DNA from: Bacteroidales bacterium
Lineage (GTDB): Bacteria > Bacteroidota > Bacteroidia > Bacteroidales > WRLA01
DNA length: 64,000 bases
Reading direction: 5' to 3'
Assembly: GCA_965230045.1 (NCBI GenBank)
Contig: OZ245940.1
Span: 1,999,403-2,063,402, forward strand
The notes under the pieces are model-generated. The model ran no database searches, was not told the DNA's origin, and was given only the letters and a program-made list of their open reading frames with translations. The translations under genes and the position numbers were made by a program. Each line of letters opens with the position of its first letter. Positions within the stretch are counted from its first letter, which is position 1. Shown piece after piece: positions 26,094 through 36,894 of this stretch.

Positions 26094-27305
26094 TTATACG
26101 CAAAGTTTTAATCCTTCCTTCCCTGAATAATAATCCGGAATGCGGGAACGCATATTATAAGCGGAGGCCATCGACTGGCCATAGGCTCCTGCAGACCGGA
26201 TCACAAGCCTGTCGTTTCGCTTTAGCTGTGGTATTAAGACATCACGGGCAAAAATATCCGAAGATTCGCAAACCGGACCGGCAACCGTATATCTCCGATT
26301 GGCGCCAGATGATCCCAGCTTTTGGATTTTATGTTCTGCACCGTACAAAGCCGGTCGCATCAAATCGTTCATCCCGGCATCAATTATGGCAAAATCGCGC
26401 TCCGGCCCCTTTTTGATGTACAATACCTTGCTGAGCAGATATCCACATTGGGCCACCAGGGAACGGCCCGGTTCTATGTGGATTTGCTGTCCCTTTTCCA
26501 GATGGATATTGCGGCTTAAACTGCCAATCCAGCCTGCGAAATCAGGAATTGGTGTTTCGTCGGGATTTTGGTAATTCACGCCTAAGCCACCGCCCGCATT
26601 GATGATCTGAGGAAAAAAGCCTCGCTCTTTAAAATATTTTTGAATACTGTTGATGTGCTCTGTTAAACCGCTAAATGTATTGATGTCAATAATTTGTGAC
26701 CCAATATGAAAGTGCAGCCCTTTGAATTCCAGAGATTTTCCGTTTCTGAGAATATCCAAAGCGTTTTCCAGTTCGTCCAGTTGAATGCCAAATTTGTCGT
26801 TGCGGGTTGCTGTAGTGATTTTTTTGTGCGTACCGGCATCAAAATCAGGGTTTATGCGCAGCGCTACTCGGGCTTTGGCCCCTATTCCGGAAGCAATATT
26901 ATTAATGACCTCCAGCTCGTCCAAACTTTCGCAATTGAAGCAGAGGATGTCGTGTTCCAGGGCATATTTTATTTCTTCATCACTTTTTCCTACGCCGGCA
27001 AATACAATTTCCGAGGTCCGAAAACCTGCCTCCAAAGCTGTTTTTATTTCCCCTCCGCTGACACAATCTGCACCTAGTCCATGCCCAGAAAGTAATTTCA
27101 GAATGGGCGCGTTATTGTTGGCTTTCAGTGCATAGTGCACTTTGATGCCATCTCTTTCCGCTAAATGCATCAAAAGGACTGCGGTTTGCTCGAGCAGCTC
27201 CATATCGTAAAAATAAAACGGGCCGGGAAGCATTTCCAAACAGTGGGGCAAATGGCTAATTGCTGCTGATGCAGGATCGTTCTGTATATTGGCTTGTGAT
27301 TTCAT
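26094..27305 (-). CDS. lysA: Diaminopimelate decarboxylase
   Basis: FYFYD...HYALKANNN..IL..L...G.GADCVSGGE, with the CESSD motif near the C-terminus. The start is uncertain; M at 27233 would remove the overlap with lysC. Confidence 0.93.
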   Translation of the reverse strand: MKSQANIQNDPASAAISHLPHCLEMLPGPFYFYDMELLEQTAVLLMHLAERDGIKVHYALKANNNAPILKLLSGHGLGADCVSGGEIKTALEAGFRTSEIVFAGVGKSDEEIKYALEHDILCFNCESLDELEVINNIASGIGAKARVALRINPDFDAGTHKKITTATRNDKFGIQLDELENALDILRNGKSLEFKGLHFHIGSQIIDINTFSGLTEHINSIQKYFKERGFFPQIINAGGGLGVNYQNPDETPIPDFAGWIGSLSRNIHLEKGQQIHIEPGRSLVAQCGYLLSKVLYIKKGPERDFAIIDAGMNDLMRPALYGAEHKIQKLGSSGANRRYTVAGPVCESSDIFARDVLIPQLKRNDRLVIRSAGAYGQSMASAYNMRSRIPDYYSGKEGLKLCV

Positions 27306-28617
27306 GCAATGCTCTTAGTGTTTTTGTTTTATCATTTTGATCGACTAAAAAGGTGATGCTGTTGTGCGATGATCCATACGAAATCATGCGTACTTCAATA
27401 GTGCTCAGCGCATTAAAAATGGCAGAAACTTTTCCCTGATTTTCTTTTAAATGGTCGCCAACAACACAGATGATGGATAAATTATTTCGGAAACAAACAG
27501 ATCCGTAGGCTTTTAAGTCATGGAGTATGGCCTTTAGCCTGCAGCTTTGGTCGATACTTACCGAAACGCTGATTTCGGACGTACTGACCAAATCAATGGA
27601 TGTTTGGTGTTGCTCGAAAACTTCAAAAATTCTGCGCAAATAGCCGTAAGCCATCAGCATTTTGCTGCTTTTTACCGTGATGGAAATTATGTTATCGCGT
27701 GCAGCAATGGCTTTGATGTCGCCTGTTTGTGTATTATCGGAGATAATCGTTCCTGCGGCATTGGGTCGGAAAGTGTTTTTGAGCAAGACCGGAATTCCGG
27801 CTTCCTGCGCGGGCATCAAGCTGAGCGGATGTAAGACCCTTGCCCCAAAATAAGCGAGTTCTGCTGCTTCACCAAACGAAAGCTGCCGCAATGGCGTAGG
27901 TGTTTCCACAAAACCGGGATCATTGTTGAGGAATCCGTCCACATCGCTCCAAATCTGGATCTGGTCGGCCTTGGCTGCCTGCCCCAATAAACTGGCACTG
28001 AAATCACTGCCTCCGCGCCCCAGATTGCTGATCTGTCCTTTATAATCGCTGCAAATAAAGCCCTGGCTGATGATGAATCTGCTTTCGGGATGTTCCTCTT
28101 TCCATGTCAGCAAATTTTTCCGGATATCTTCGGCGCATACTTCTCCTGCTTCATTTTGCTGTATGATGTCCGGAGCATGCATTAGCGTTGCATGGATGTT
28201 GTTTTCACGGAGCAAAAGCTGCAGGATTTTGGACGAGATCAATTCCCCCATGGCCAGGATTTCCCTGTGGATGACCTCAGCGAAAACCGCCAATGAAAGC
28301 ACATCAAGCCGCCTGAAAAAAGTGAGGATGTTTTTTTGCGCTTCTTCGAGTTGGATGCTGCTTTGAAAAACGGCAGAACTAAGCCCGAGATAATAATCAT
28401 AAAGTTTTTCCTTTTCATTCAGCAGAAGTTCTTTTTGTGTGTTTTTCATTGCCAGGCAAATAGATTCCAGCCTGTCCGTGCTTTTTCCATTTGCCGAAAC
28501 CAAAACAATCTTTTCTTCATCATTCCCGATGATCTGCAGCACATTTTTTAAGCCTTCTGCCGAACCAACCGATGTGCCACCAAATTTATAAATCTGCATC
28601 TTGAAATTTTTTGGCAA
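27256..28617 (-). CDS. lysC: Aspartate kinase
   Basis: IYKFGGTSVG N-terminus, amino-acid kinase core, C-terminal ACT-like repeats. The true start is probably MQIYKFGG at 28599. Confidence 0.92.
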   Translation of the reverse strand: MPKNFKMQIYKFGGTSVGSAEGLKNVLQIIGNDEEKIVLVSANGKSTDRLESICLAMKNTQKELLLNEKEKLYDYYLGLSSAVFQSSIQLEEAQKNILTFFRRLDVLSLAVFAEVIHREILAMGELISSKILQLLLRENNIHATLMHAPDIIQQNEAGEVCAEDIRKNLLTWKEEHPESRFIISQGFICSDYKGQISNLGRGGSDFSASLLGQAAKADQIQIWSDVDGFLNNDPGFVETPTPLRQLSFGEAAELAYFGARVLHPLSLMPAQEAGIPVLLKNTFRPNAAGTIISDNTQTGDIKAIAARDNIISITVKSSKMLMAYGYLRRIFEVFEQHQTSIDLVSTSEISVSVSIDQSCRLKAILHDLKAYGSVCFRNNLSIICVVGDHLKENQGKVSAIFNALSTIEVRMISYGSSHNSITFLVDQNDKTKTLRALHEITSQYTERSCISSN

Positions 28618-28701
28618 ACCTATGGCGGCTATGTTTTTGCTGCAAATTTTCTATGCAAGATAAACAATTATAAAACATTTTGTTAAATTTGAAACAAAAT
28701 T

Positions 28702-29367
28702 GTGCATATGATCAGTATTCAACAAGCTGTAGATCGTTTGATTTCCTCGCGCCCGTTTATGGAAGAAGCATTGTATGAGGGATTGTTAAACCTTTCATCA
28801 GTGGCACGCAGGCTGCAATCTGAACTCGAAGAATTGCTTGGGAAAAGGGTGCAAACAGGGGCAATTGTTATGGCATTGCGCCGGCATGTGCCCGGGAAAT
28901 TGCATCAGTTGCGCAGCAAAAACCGGAAGAGTGTAAACCGCATTAATAAAATGACTGTGCGCGCCGGGATTTGCTCCTATACTTATCATAATTTTCCTGG
29001 ATTGATGAGGCATTTGCAAATACTAACCCACGCATTTCAGGAGAAAGATGCAGAGTTTTTTACTTTCTCAATGGGTGTTTTTGAAACTTCGGTTTTTGTG
29101 CACGAAAGCGCCGCCAAATTCGTGCAGGAAGTTTTTCACGACAAGGAATGTGTGGCCAGTTATAAAAACCTTTCCTGCATTACCCTTAATCTTCCCGATG
29201 ATAATGCGGAATCTCCCGGATATTATTATTCTATTTTAAAGCGCATTGCCTGGGAAGGCATCAACATCCGTGAAGTTCTTTCCACCACAAATGAATTTTC
29301 CCTTATGCTCGATGAAAAAGATGTGGATCAGGTTTTTGCTGTTTTAAATAAACCGGTGGTTTTGTGA
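28702..29367 (+). CDS. Hypothetical protein with an ACT-like C-terminal domain
   Basis: C-terminus ILKRIAWEGINIREVLSTTNEFSLMLDEKDVDQVFAVL resembles ACT-domain segments. Divergent from lysC. Confidence 0.5.
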   Translation: MHMISIQQAVDRLISSRPFMEEALYEGLLNLSSVARRLQSELEELLGKRVQTGAIVMALRRHVPGKLHQLRSKNRKSVNRINKMTVRAGICSYTYHNFPGLMRHLQILTHAFQEKDAEFFTFSMGVFETSVFVHESAAKFVQEVFHDKECVASYKNLSCITLNLPDDNAESPGYYYSILKRIAWEGINIREVLSTTNEFSLMLDEKDVDQVFAVLNKPVVL

Positions 29368-29406
29368 TCGGATATTTCCTTAATCAGACAGGGCCTCTCC
29401 TAATTA

Positions 29407-29843
29407 GTGTTTGTCTATAATGTCGTGTTTCTGAGCTAGAAAGTTCGATAACGAGGCTTGCGCAGCCCGAAAAAGCAGAGTTTACTGGTGTAAATGAGCA
29501 TTTTTCGGGCAAGCGTAACGAAGTTAGCGGACTTTATAGACGGAAACTAATTAGTGTCTGTCTATAAAGGCGGGTTTCTGATTCAGAATGTTCGAGGTCG
29601 AGGCATTTCATTTGCTGGAAACGAGGAGTTTACTGGAGTAAATGACTGTTTCCAGCAAATGAAATAACGCTGAGATCGGACATTATGGACAGAAACTAAT
29701 TAGTGTTTGTCTATAATGTCGGGAGTTTGCTCTATAAAGTTCAAATTCAAGGCGTGTGAAAAATCCAAACCGGATAATACTCAAGTATTTGAGGATTTGG
29801 ATTTTGAGCAACAACGCAGAAGTTGGACTTTATAGACGAACTC
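29407..29843. mobile_element. Tandem array of three different MITE family A members (A2 29407..29547, A1 29554..29696, A3 29703..29843), each junction being exactly TAATTA
   Basis: TAATTA at 29401..29406, 29548..29553, 29697..29702 and 29844..29849. Each unit has termini GTGTyTGTCTATAA... / ...TTATrGACnGAAAC-like. Confidence 0.9.
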
Positions 29844-29898
29844 TAATTACAACGGAAAATTGTAATCAGGAGAGTTGTGCATTTTCGTGGCAGGCCAT

Positions 29899-30642
29899 TT
29901 ATCTAAAAAATTCAGTAAAACCGTATAATTTTTCGACATAGATCACGGAATTGGGTTTAATGCAAAATTCGCTTAATCCAACTCTGGAAGTGAAGTCAGC
30001 CCAATCATAAGTGTACCCCATTCTTGTCCACGGCATAGGAGAAGTACCATAATATGAATAAATCAAATTTGAGTCAAACCAGGCTTTGTATGCTGAATCA
30101 GCATTCGGTGCTAAATTTTGATATGCTGTTTTGTCATCAATTTCATTGTCTCCTGCAGGACGGAAAAGGTCAGAGCTTTTGATCCACAGCACAGCAATAT
30201 GGGTGTATTCCTTTTGAGGAGGAAGCCCAAGGAGCTGTTTGAACCGCATGGTGGTATCCTTTGAACTTCCATCGGGATTGAATGAAAAACGCTGGTGTGC
30301 TTGCTGCGGAATAAAAACCCAAACATCGCCCCACCAATTTGAGAGGCTGTCAACTTTGTAGCTGTCGGGAAATGCGGTTAAGTTTGCCACTTGCAGGTAG
30401 TTTTCTCCGTCTATTTCTTTCCATTTTAGATGAGGATTTGAACTGCTAATGGCCCATAAACTGTCAATAACGTAGCTGCTGTCGGCTGTCATGGCGTTAT
30501 AGACTGAATTTTGGTATAAAGTTTCTAAATCTACTGTAACAGGTTTGGGTTCAATAGCTTCCTCGTCTTTTTGACAGGACACAAGGACCATAATACAAAT
30601 CAAGCATAACAGCTGAAGTAATTGTTTCTTTTTCATGATCAT
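29899..30642 (-). CDS. Hypothetical lipoprotein
   Basis: Signal peptide ending LVSC (lipobox-like). No other motif recognised. Confidence 0.7.
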   Translation of the reverse strand: MIMKKKQLLQLLCLICIMVLVSCQKDEEAIEPKPVTVDLETLYQNSVYNAMTADSSYVIDSLWAISSSNPHLKWKEIDGENYLQVANLTAFPDSYKVDSLSNWWGDVWVFIPQQAHQRFSFNPDGSSKDTTMRFKQLLGLPPQKEYTHIAVLWIKSSDLFRPAGDNEIDDKTAYQNLAPNADSAYKAWFDSNLIYSYYGTSPMPWTRMGYTYDWADFTSRVGLSEFCIKPNSVIYVEKLYGFTEFFR

Positions 30643-30726
30643 AGGTTTTAAATAGGTTTTGAAAAATCAAAATTACTTCCTTTGAATCAGAAAAAGATTG
30701 ACTTAAGTTAATAAATTTGTAGTCAG

Positions 30727-31335
30727 CTAAGATTTTGAAATCCGTTTTCGGATGCGGCTCAAGCTTTCCGGTGTGATGCCCAGATATGATGCTATGTGCC
30801 TTCCTGAAATATTTTGAACTAGTTTTGGGTTTTGATTCAAAAGCTCAAGATAATTGTCTTCAGGGCTTTGTGTGTTTATCTTTGCGTCTTTATTTTCTGT
30901 ATTAATAAGTGCAAATTCGATCATTTTCCGACCTGTTTTTTCGGCATTGGGTGCTTGTTCGTAAAGCTGTTCCATAGATTTTCTGGAAAACTGCAGTACC
31001 AATGCCGGGCTGAGTGCCTGAAGCGCAATTGTAGAAGGTGTTTTTTGCCTGTAGGATGAATAGGAATTAAAGAACTTTACCGGAAAATGGAAATCAAAGG
31101 TGTATTCTTTTGTGCCTTTAAATGTATATTTGCGTACAACGCCCTCTAAAAGGCAGTAAATATTGTTTTCTATCTCATTGATTTGCAGTAAAAACTCATT
31201 TTTATTGTAGCTTACAGTTTTAATTAGAGACCTGAAAATATCCCAATCTTTTTCGGTTGTTTGGATGTTCTGAAATAAAGTAGTTTGGATTTTTGTGCAT
31301 ATCGCTTCGGTATCATATTGATTTATTGTTTTCAT
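30727..31335 (-). CDS. Crp/Fnr-family transcriptional regulator
   Basis: cNMP-binding-like N-terminal domain. C-terminal HTH SGRHIASYLGITPESLSRIRKR. Confidence 0.85.
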   Translation of the reverse strand: MKTINQYDTEAICTKIQTTLFQNIQTTEKDWDIFRSLIKTVSYNKNEFLLQINEIENNIYCLLEGVVRKYTFKGTKEYTFDFHFPVKFFNSYSSYRQKTPSTIALQALSPALVLQFSRKSMEQLYEQAPNAEKTGRKMIEFALINTENKDAKINTQSPEDNYLELLNQNPKLVQNISGRHIASYLGITPESLSRIRKRISKS

Positions 31336-31671
31336 GTCTTTTTTAGTTTCTAATAAAGTGTGTGATTTGCTGCATGCTGATGCTTTTCATGTCATTAGTA
31401 GTTTTGTTTTCTGATTTTTTATTACAAGTAATCAGAAAAATGTGTCCGCTGCTCTTACCGCATGCTCCTTTATGCAGTATTTCATTATGCTTTTAATTTT
31501 TGTTCAGACCAATGGCCTGTCTGTTTTTATTCGTCTAAGTTAACAAATTTAAGCCTGTATCATAAAATCCGTTGTTTGAATATCAATTCTGGCCATATCT
31601 TACCCTAAATTGGCCATATTTTCCATCGATAACTGCCTTTTATTGCATTTTTTTGCGCAAAAGAATAAATT

Positions 31672-33159
31672 ATGAATTTGCTTGGAATTGATCTTGGCAG
31701 CTCTTCGGTGAAAATTGCGCTCATCAATGGCGAAAATGGACGCCAAATTGCTGCTGCCGGTTGGCCGGAAAAGGAAATGGATATCCTCAGCCCGCAGTCC
31801 GGATGGGCGGAACAAAATCCTGATATTTGGATGAAGTGCATCTTTCAGGCCGCGCAACAGCTCAAAACAGATTATCCCTTTGAAATGAATAAAGTTGGAG
31901 CTATTGGCATCGCTTACCAAATGCATGGGCTGGTTGCTGTGGATCAGGAAGGGAAGCCAGTGCGCAATGCTATTATCTGGTGTGATAGTCGTGCAGTTTT
32001 CGTTGGAAATAAAGCTTTTGAAGATCTTGAAGCTGATTATTGCCTGAATCATTTTCTGAATTCACCTGGGAATTTTACAGCATCAAAGTTGAAGTGGGTA
32101 AAGGAAAACGAAGCGGAAATATATGCGAAAATCCACAAAATCATGCTGCCTGGCGATTATGTCGCTTACCGCCTGACAGGAGCTATGCAAACCACCGCAT
32201 CGGGTCTGTCGGAAGGGATTTTCTGGGATTATCAAGAAAATGATATTTCGAACGAATTGCTGAAATACTATGGGTTTGACCACAACATTTTACCGGAAGT
32301 AGTCGATACTTTTGCAAAACAAGCCTTTTTAAGAAAAGAGATTGCTGAGGTGATGGGCTTGCCGGCAGGAATCCCTGTGGCTTATCGCGCAGGTGACCAG
32401 CCCAATAATGCTTTTTCGCTGAATGTTTTGAATGCCGGTGAAATTGCCGCCACAGCCGGAACTTCGGGTGTAGTATATGGAGTTTCAGAACAAAAATCGC
32501 ACGATCCGCTTTCGCGTGTAAACACTTTTTTGCATGTCAATAATTCCCTGCAAAACCCACGGCTCGGAATTCTTTTATGCCTCAATTCTGTAGGCATTCT
32601 CAATTCATGGGTAAAACATCAGCTTTTGCTACAAAATATCTCTTATGAAGAAATGAATGCCTTGGCGCAAACAGTGCCAACAGCTTCGGAAGGATTATTG
32701 GTTTTTCCTTTCGGAAATGGTGCCGAGCGGGTTCTGGAAAACAAAAATATCGGTGCGAATTTTCAGGGCTTGAATCTTACATTGCATCGCATAGAGCATA
32801 TCCTGAGGGCTTTGCAGGAAGGCATTGCCTTTGCTTTTCAATATGGAATTGAAATTATGGAAGAAATGGGCATGCAGGTTTCTGTAATCAGGGCAGGCAA
32901 AGCCAATATGTTTTTGAGCAGCCTTTTTGCGCAAACCCTTGCTGATTTAAGCGGTGCGCGTATCGAGCTTTATAATACCAACGGCGCTGTTGGCGCGGCT
33001 CGTGCAGCCGGCTTGGGCTGTGAGTTTTATCATAATCCCGATGAGGCTTTTGTGGGCTTAAAAGTGCTGAACATTATTGAACCAAAGAAAAACCAGATTA
33101 TAAAGGATGCGTATCTCCGCTGGAAAGAAATTTTGAAACATCAATTGGGTGAAAATTAA
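31672..33159 (+). CDS. xylB: Xylulokinase (FGGY carbohydrate kinase)
   Basis: LLGIDLGSSSVK N-terminus and FGGY motifs. Directly upstream of xylA. Confidence 0.9.
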   Translation: MNLLGIDLGSSSVKIALINGENGRQIAAAGWPEKEMDILSPQSGWAEQNPDIWMKCIFQAAQQLKTDYPFEMNKVGAIGIAYQMHGLVAVDQEGKPVRNAIIWCDSRAVFVGNKAFEDLEADYCLNHFLNSPGNFTASKLKWVKENEAEIYAKIHKIMLPGDYVAYRLTGAMQTTASGLSEGIFWDYQENDISNELLKYYGFDHNILPEVVDTFAKQAFLRKEIAEVMGLPAGIPVAYRAGDQPNNAFSLNVLNAGEIAATAGTSGVVYGVSEQKSHDPLSRVNTFLHVNNSLQNPRLGILLCLNSVGILNSWVKHQLLLQNISYEEMNALAQTVPTASEGLLVFPFGNGAERVLENKNIGANFQGLNLTLHRIEHILRALQEGIAFAFQYGIEIMEEMGMQVSVIRAGKANMFLSSLFAQTLADLSGARIELYNTNGAVGAARAAGLGCEFYHNPDEAFVGLKVLNIIEPKKNQIIKDAYLRWKEILKHQLGEN

Positions 33160-33182
33160 AAATTATATAAATACAGAATAGA

Positions 33183-34496
33183 ATGCAAAAAGAATATTTT
33201 AAAGGGATCAATAAAATAGAATTTGAAGGAACATCTGGAAAAAACCCAATGGCCTTTCATTATTATGAGCCGGACCGCATTGTGGCCGGCAAGCCTATGA
33301 GGGAACATCTGCGTTTTGCCGTAGCATGGTGGCATAGCTTCTGCGCCAATGGGGCCGATCCTTTTGGCCGTGGGACCATCGCTTATGAATGGGACAATAT
33401 CACCGATCCCTTGCAGAAAGCAAAGGCTCGCATGGATGCCGCTTTTGAGTTTATGACAAAAATCGGGATCAATTATTATTGTTTCCACGATTTTGACCTG
33501 ATCGATGAAGCTGCCGGCATCCCGGAATCGGAAAAACGTTTGCAGCAAATGGTCGATTATGCCAAAGGGAAGCAGCAAGAAACAGGAAAACAACTCCTTT
33601 GGGGCACTGCCAACCTTTTTTCGCATCCACGCTATATGAACGGTGCAGTTACGAATCCTGATTTCAATGTGCTGGCCTATGCGGCTGCTCAGGTGAAAAA
33701 TGCGCTGGATGCGACTATTGCGCTGGGCGGGCAAAATTATGTGTTTTGGGGCGGACGTGAAGGTTACCTCTCGCTTTTGAATACCAATATGAAAAAAGAA
33801 CTCGATCATTTGGCGCAATTCCTTGGCATGGCGCGCGATTATGGCCGCAAAAACGGATTTGAAGGCACTTTCCTGATCGAGCCGAAACCTATGGAGCCTA
33901 CCAAACATCAATATGATTTTGACTCCGCCACCGTGATTGGTTTCCTGAAGGAATACGGCCTGGAAAAGGATTTTAAACTTAATATCGAAGTCAACCACGC
34001 TACACTTGCAGGCCATACTTTCCAGCATGAGCTGCAGGTGGCTGCCAACAGTGGGCTGCTGGGTTCTATTGATGCCAACCGTGGCGATTACCAAAATGGC
34101 TGGGATACGGATCAGTTCCCGCTCAACCTTTACGAAATCACGGAAGCTATGCTGGTCATTCTGGAAGCCGGCGGTTTGGGCAATGGCGGAATTAATTTCG
34201 ATGCCAAAATCCGTAGAAATTCAACCGATAAAAAAGATCTTTTTGTGGCCCATATCTCTGCCATGGATCTTTTTGCCCGCGCTTTGCTTGTTGCCGATAA
34301 TGTTTTGCGTAATTCGGATTACATGAAGCTGCGCGAAGAACGTTACAAGTCTTTTGCTTCGGGAGCCGGTAAGGATTTTGAAGCTGGAAAACTGAGTCTG
34401 GAAGATCTGCGCGATTTGGCGGTAAAGAATGGCGAACCTTCACAAATAAGCGGCAGGCAGGAATTTTTCGAGAATATTCTGAATCTATACATTTAG
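33183..34496 (+). CDS. xylA: Xylose isomerase
   Basis: [15 protein letters not shown]...[16 protein letters not shown] and [17 protein letters not shown] are canonical XylA segments. Confidence 0.97.
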   Translation: MQKEYFKGINKIEFEGTSGKNPMAFHYYEPDRIVAGKPMREHLRFAVAWWHSFCANGADPFGRGTIAYEWDNITDPLQKAKARMDAAFEFMTKIGINYYCFHDFDLIDEAAGIPESEKRLQQMVDYAKGKQQETGKQLLWGTANLFSHPRYMNGAVTNPDFNVLAYAAAQVKNALDATIALGGQNYVFWGGREGYLSLLNTNMKKELDHLAQFLGMARDYGRKNGFEGTFLIEPKPMEPTKHQYDFDSATVIGFLKEYGLEKDFKLNIEVNHATLAGHTFQHELQVAANSGLLGSIDANRGDYQNGWDTDQFPLNLYEITEAMLVILEAGGLGNGGINFDAKIRRNSTDKKDLFVAHISAMDLFARALLVADNVLRNSDYMKLREERYKSFASGAGKDFEAGKLSLEDLRDLAVKNGEPSQISGRQEFFENILNLYI

Positions 34497-34502
34497 TTGA
34501 TT

Positions 34503-35885
34503 ATGAATGCTCCATCATACAGTAAAGCTTATATTGCACTGATTACGCTTGTGGCCACTTTGGGCGGATTGCTTTTTGGTTACGACACTGCCGTGATTTC
34601 CGGTGCGGAAAAATCGGTGCAGCAATTTCTGATCAGCAGCCAGGGGCTCAGTACTTTGGTTCATGGCCTGACCATTTCCAGTGCCCTGATCGGCTGCATC
34701 ATAGGAGCCGCTCTTTCCGGTTTGCTCTCATCGGGGATGGGACGTAAAAAATCCATGATGATTGCTGCTCTTTTGTTTTTTCTGTCTGCACTCGGCTCAG
34801 CGCATCCGGAATTTTTGTTTTTCGATAAAGGAAAAGCTACAATTGGCCTGCTGTGGATGTTTAATTTTTACAGGATTATTGGTGGAATAGGAGTGGGGCT
34901 GGCCTCGGCCATTGTTCCGGTTTATTTGGGCGAAATTGCCCCGGCCGCAATACGCGGAAGGCTGGTTTCCTACAACCAGTTTGCTATTATTTTCGGGATG
35001 CTGGTGGTTTATTTTGTGAACTGGGGCATTGCCAAAGGCCAGAGCATCGAATGGATTGACTCCATTGGCTGGCGCAGGATGTTTCTCTCGGAAGCTATTC
35101 CTGCCGGTGTTTTTGGCCTTTTGCTCTTTCTCGTGCCCGAATCGCCGCGATATCTTTCGCTCAAAAAGAAAGAGGACGACGCATTGCGGATCCTTGAGAA
35201 AATCAACGGCATAGCCCGTGCCCGCGAAATCATGAACGATATCCAAACTTCCTTAAGCGATCGTTCAGGTAAATTGCTGTCGTATGGCAAAGTGGTTTTG
35301 GTTATTGGTGTTTTGCTTTCTGTTTTTCAGCAGTTTGTGGGCATAAATGTGGCATTGTACTATGCGCCGCGGATCTTTGAAAGCATGGGCGCAGGCAAAG
35401 ATGCCAGTATGATGCAAACGGTTGTGATGGGCCTGGTCAATGTTGTTTTTACTGTGCTGGCCATTGCCACAGTTGACCGCTGGGGCCGCAAACCGCTGCT
35501 GATGGTTGGCTCCGTGGGCATGGCGGTTGGCATGTTTGCCATTGCCGGGCTCAGTTATTTTGAAGTGATTGGCATCGGGACTTTGGTCTTTATCATAATT
35601 TATACCGCTTCCTTCATGATGTCGTGGGGGCCAATTTGCTGGGTGCTCATTTCAGAGATTTTCCCCAATAAAATCCGCGGTCGTGCTGTTGCACTGGCTG
35701 TTGTGGCACAATGGGCTTCCAATTATTTTATTTCATCAACTTATCCGTCCATGATGGAGTTCAGTGGGGCTTTTACTTATGGTTTTTATGGCCTGATGAG
35801 CATGCTTTCCCTGATTTTTGTTTGGAAAATGGTTCCCGAAACCAAAGGAAAAACCCTCGAAGAGCTGGAAAAACACTGGAAATAA
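34503..35885 (+). CDS. Sugar-porter-family MFS transporter (XylE-like sugar:H+ symporter)
   Basis: LGGLLFGYDTAVISGA, GRKKS, PESPRYL and VDRWGRKPLL are sugar-porter signatures. ATG at 34503 is preferred over the TTG at 34497. Confidence 0.9.
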   Translation: MNAPSYSKAYIALITLVATLGGLLFGYDTAVISGAEKSVQQFLISSQGLSTLVHGLTISSALIGCIIGAALSGLLSSGMGRKKSMMIAALLFFLSALGSAHPEFLFFDKGKATIGLLWMFNFYRIIGGIGVGLASAIVPVYLGEIAPAAIRGRLVSYNQFAIIFGMLVVYFVNWGIAKGQSIEWIDSIGWRRMFLSEAIPAGVFGLLLFLVPESPRYLSLKKKEDDALRILEKINGIARAREIMNDIQTSLSDRSGKLLSYGKVVLVIGVLLSVFQQFVGINVALYYAPRIFESMGAGKDASMMQTVVMGLVNVVFTVLAIATVDRWGRKPLLMVGSVGMAVGMFAIAGLSYFEVIGIGTLVFIIIYTASFMMSWGPICWVLISEIFPNKIRGRAVALAVVAQWASNYFISSTYPSMMEFSGAFTYGFYGLMSMLSLIFVWKMVPETKGKTLEELEKHWK

Positions 35886-35970
35886 ATATTGATTCATCGG
35901 ACGACGGACAAAGTCATCCGATGAACATCATTGAAACAATATCCTTAACTCAAAAAAAAGTTCTATTATT

Positions 35971-36888
35971 ATGGCTGTTTTTATGAGTACTGATATGACC
36001 GAACGTGCATTAGGACAAAATTACTTCTCAAATCCAAATTGCCCGGTGAACCTTAACAGGGTATGCCGGCAAAAGCAGGTCTCGCATGAGCATGACCTGA
36101 CAGAAACAGAACATTATCACGATTTCGTAGAGATTGTTTTTATCCTCAATGGACAAGGCGTTCAGATTCTTGAGGGTAAGGAGTATCCCGTGGGTATGGG
36201 CGATGTCTTCGTGCTTCAGGGAAATCAGCGGCATTATTTTAAGGATGCAGAAAAGCTCGAAATCGTTAATGTGATGTTTGATGCTACAAAAAAAACAAAA
36301 ATAATACCCCCGGAGATCAAACACCTGGATGGGTACAAAGCTCTTTTTATTCTGGAGCCATCCTTCAGGGCGCGTAACAATTTTCGCAATATGCTCCGTC
36401 TAAATCCAAAAGATATGGCTGCTGTTGAATTGATTCTGAGTGTTATGTTTTACGAACAAGAACAAAATGAAGAAGGCAGCACCATTATCCTTGTGAACCG
36501 CTTTCAGGAGCTGATCATTCATCTTTCCCGCCACTTCAGCAATATTCCATCTGTAAAAGCCCAAAGTTTGGTGCGCATCAGCAAAGTGATGGATTTTATG
36601 GAGCAAAACCTTTCGGAGAACCTTTCTATCGATAATTTGGCACTTATGGCCAATATGTCGAAAAGGAATTTTATGCGTAATTTTAAATTGACAATAGGTC
36701 TTTCGCCCGGAAATTATTTGAACGAGATACGGATGAAAAAGGCATGCAGCCTGCTGCGGGAATCCCGGACTACCATAAAAGAAATTGCCTTTCAATGTGG
36801 TTTTTCCGATAGCAATTATTTTACGAAATGCTTTAAAAAATCGGTAAATATTACACCTGCAAAATACCGTATGCGGTTTAAAGGATGA
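35971..36888 (+). CDS. AraC-family transcriptional regulator (cupin + HTH)
   Basis: Cupin-like HYHDFVEIVFILNG. C-terminal AraC HTH ...IKEIAFQCGFSDSNYFTKCFKK. Confidence 0.88.
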   Translation: MAVFMSTDMTERALGQNYFSNPNCPVNLNRVCRQKQVSHEHDLTETEHYHDFVEIVFILNGQGVQILEGKEYPVGMGDVFVLQGNQRHYFKDAEKLEIVNVMFDATKKTKIIPPEIKHLDGYKALFILEPSFRARNNFRNMLRLNPKDMAAVELILSVMFYEQEQNEEGSTIILVNRFQELIIHLSRHFSNIPSVKAQSLVRISKVMDFMEQNLSENLSIDNLALMANMSKRNFMRNFKLTIGLSPGNYLNEIRMKKACSLLRESRTTIKEIAFQCGFSDSNYFTKCFKKSVNITPAKYRMRFKG

Positions 36889-36894
36889 CGCCTT

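Noticed and set aside
28618-28701. Lysine riboswitch upstream of lysC
   Set aside because: The leader is only about 80 nt and shows none of the L-box helices or conserved motifs.
29401-29849. Repeat array considered as a CRISPR array
   Set aside because: The units are ~142 bp, differ from one another, are internally palindromic and are separated only by a 6-bp TAATTA. They are MITEs, not repeat-spacer units. No CRISPR array was seen anywhere in the window.
33156-34094. 312-aa ORF on the minus strand
   Set aside because: It is antisense to xylA, whose identity is unambiguous. The same reasoning rejects 13445..14113, 36400..36906, 38248..39051, 51289..51834 and 62584..63108.
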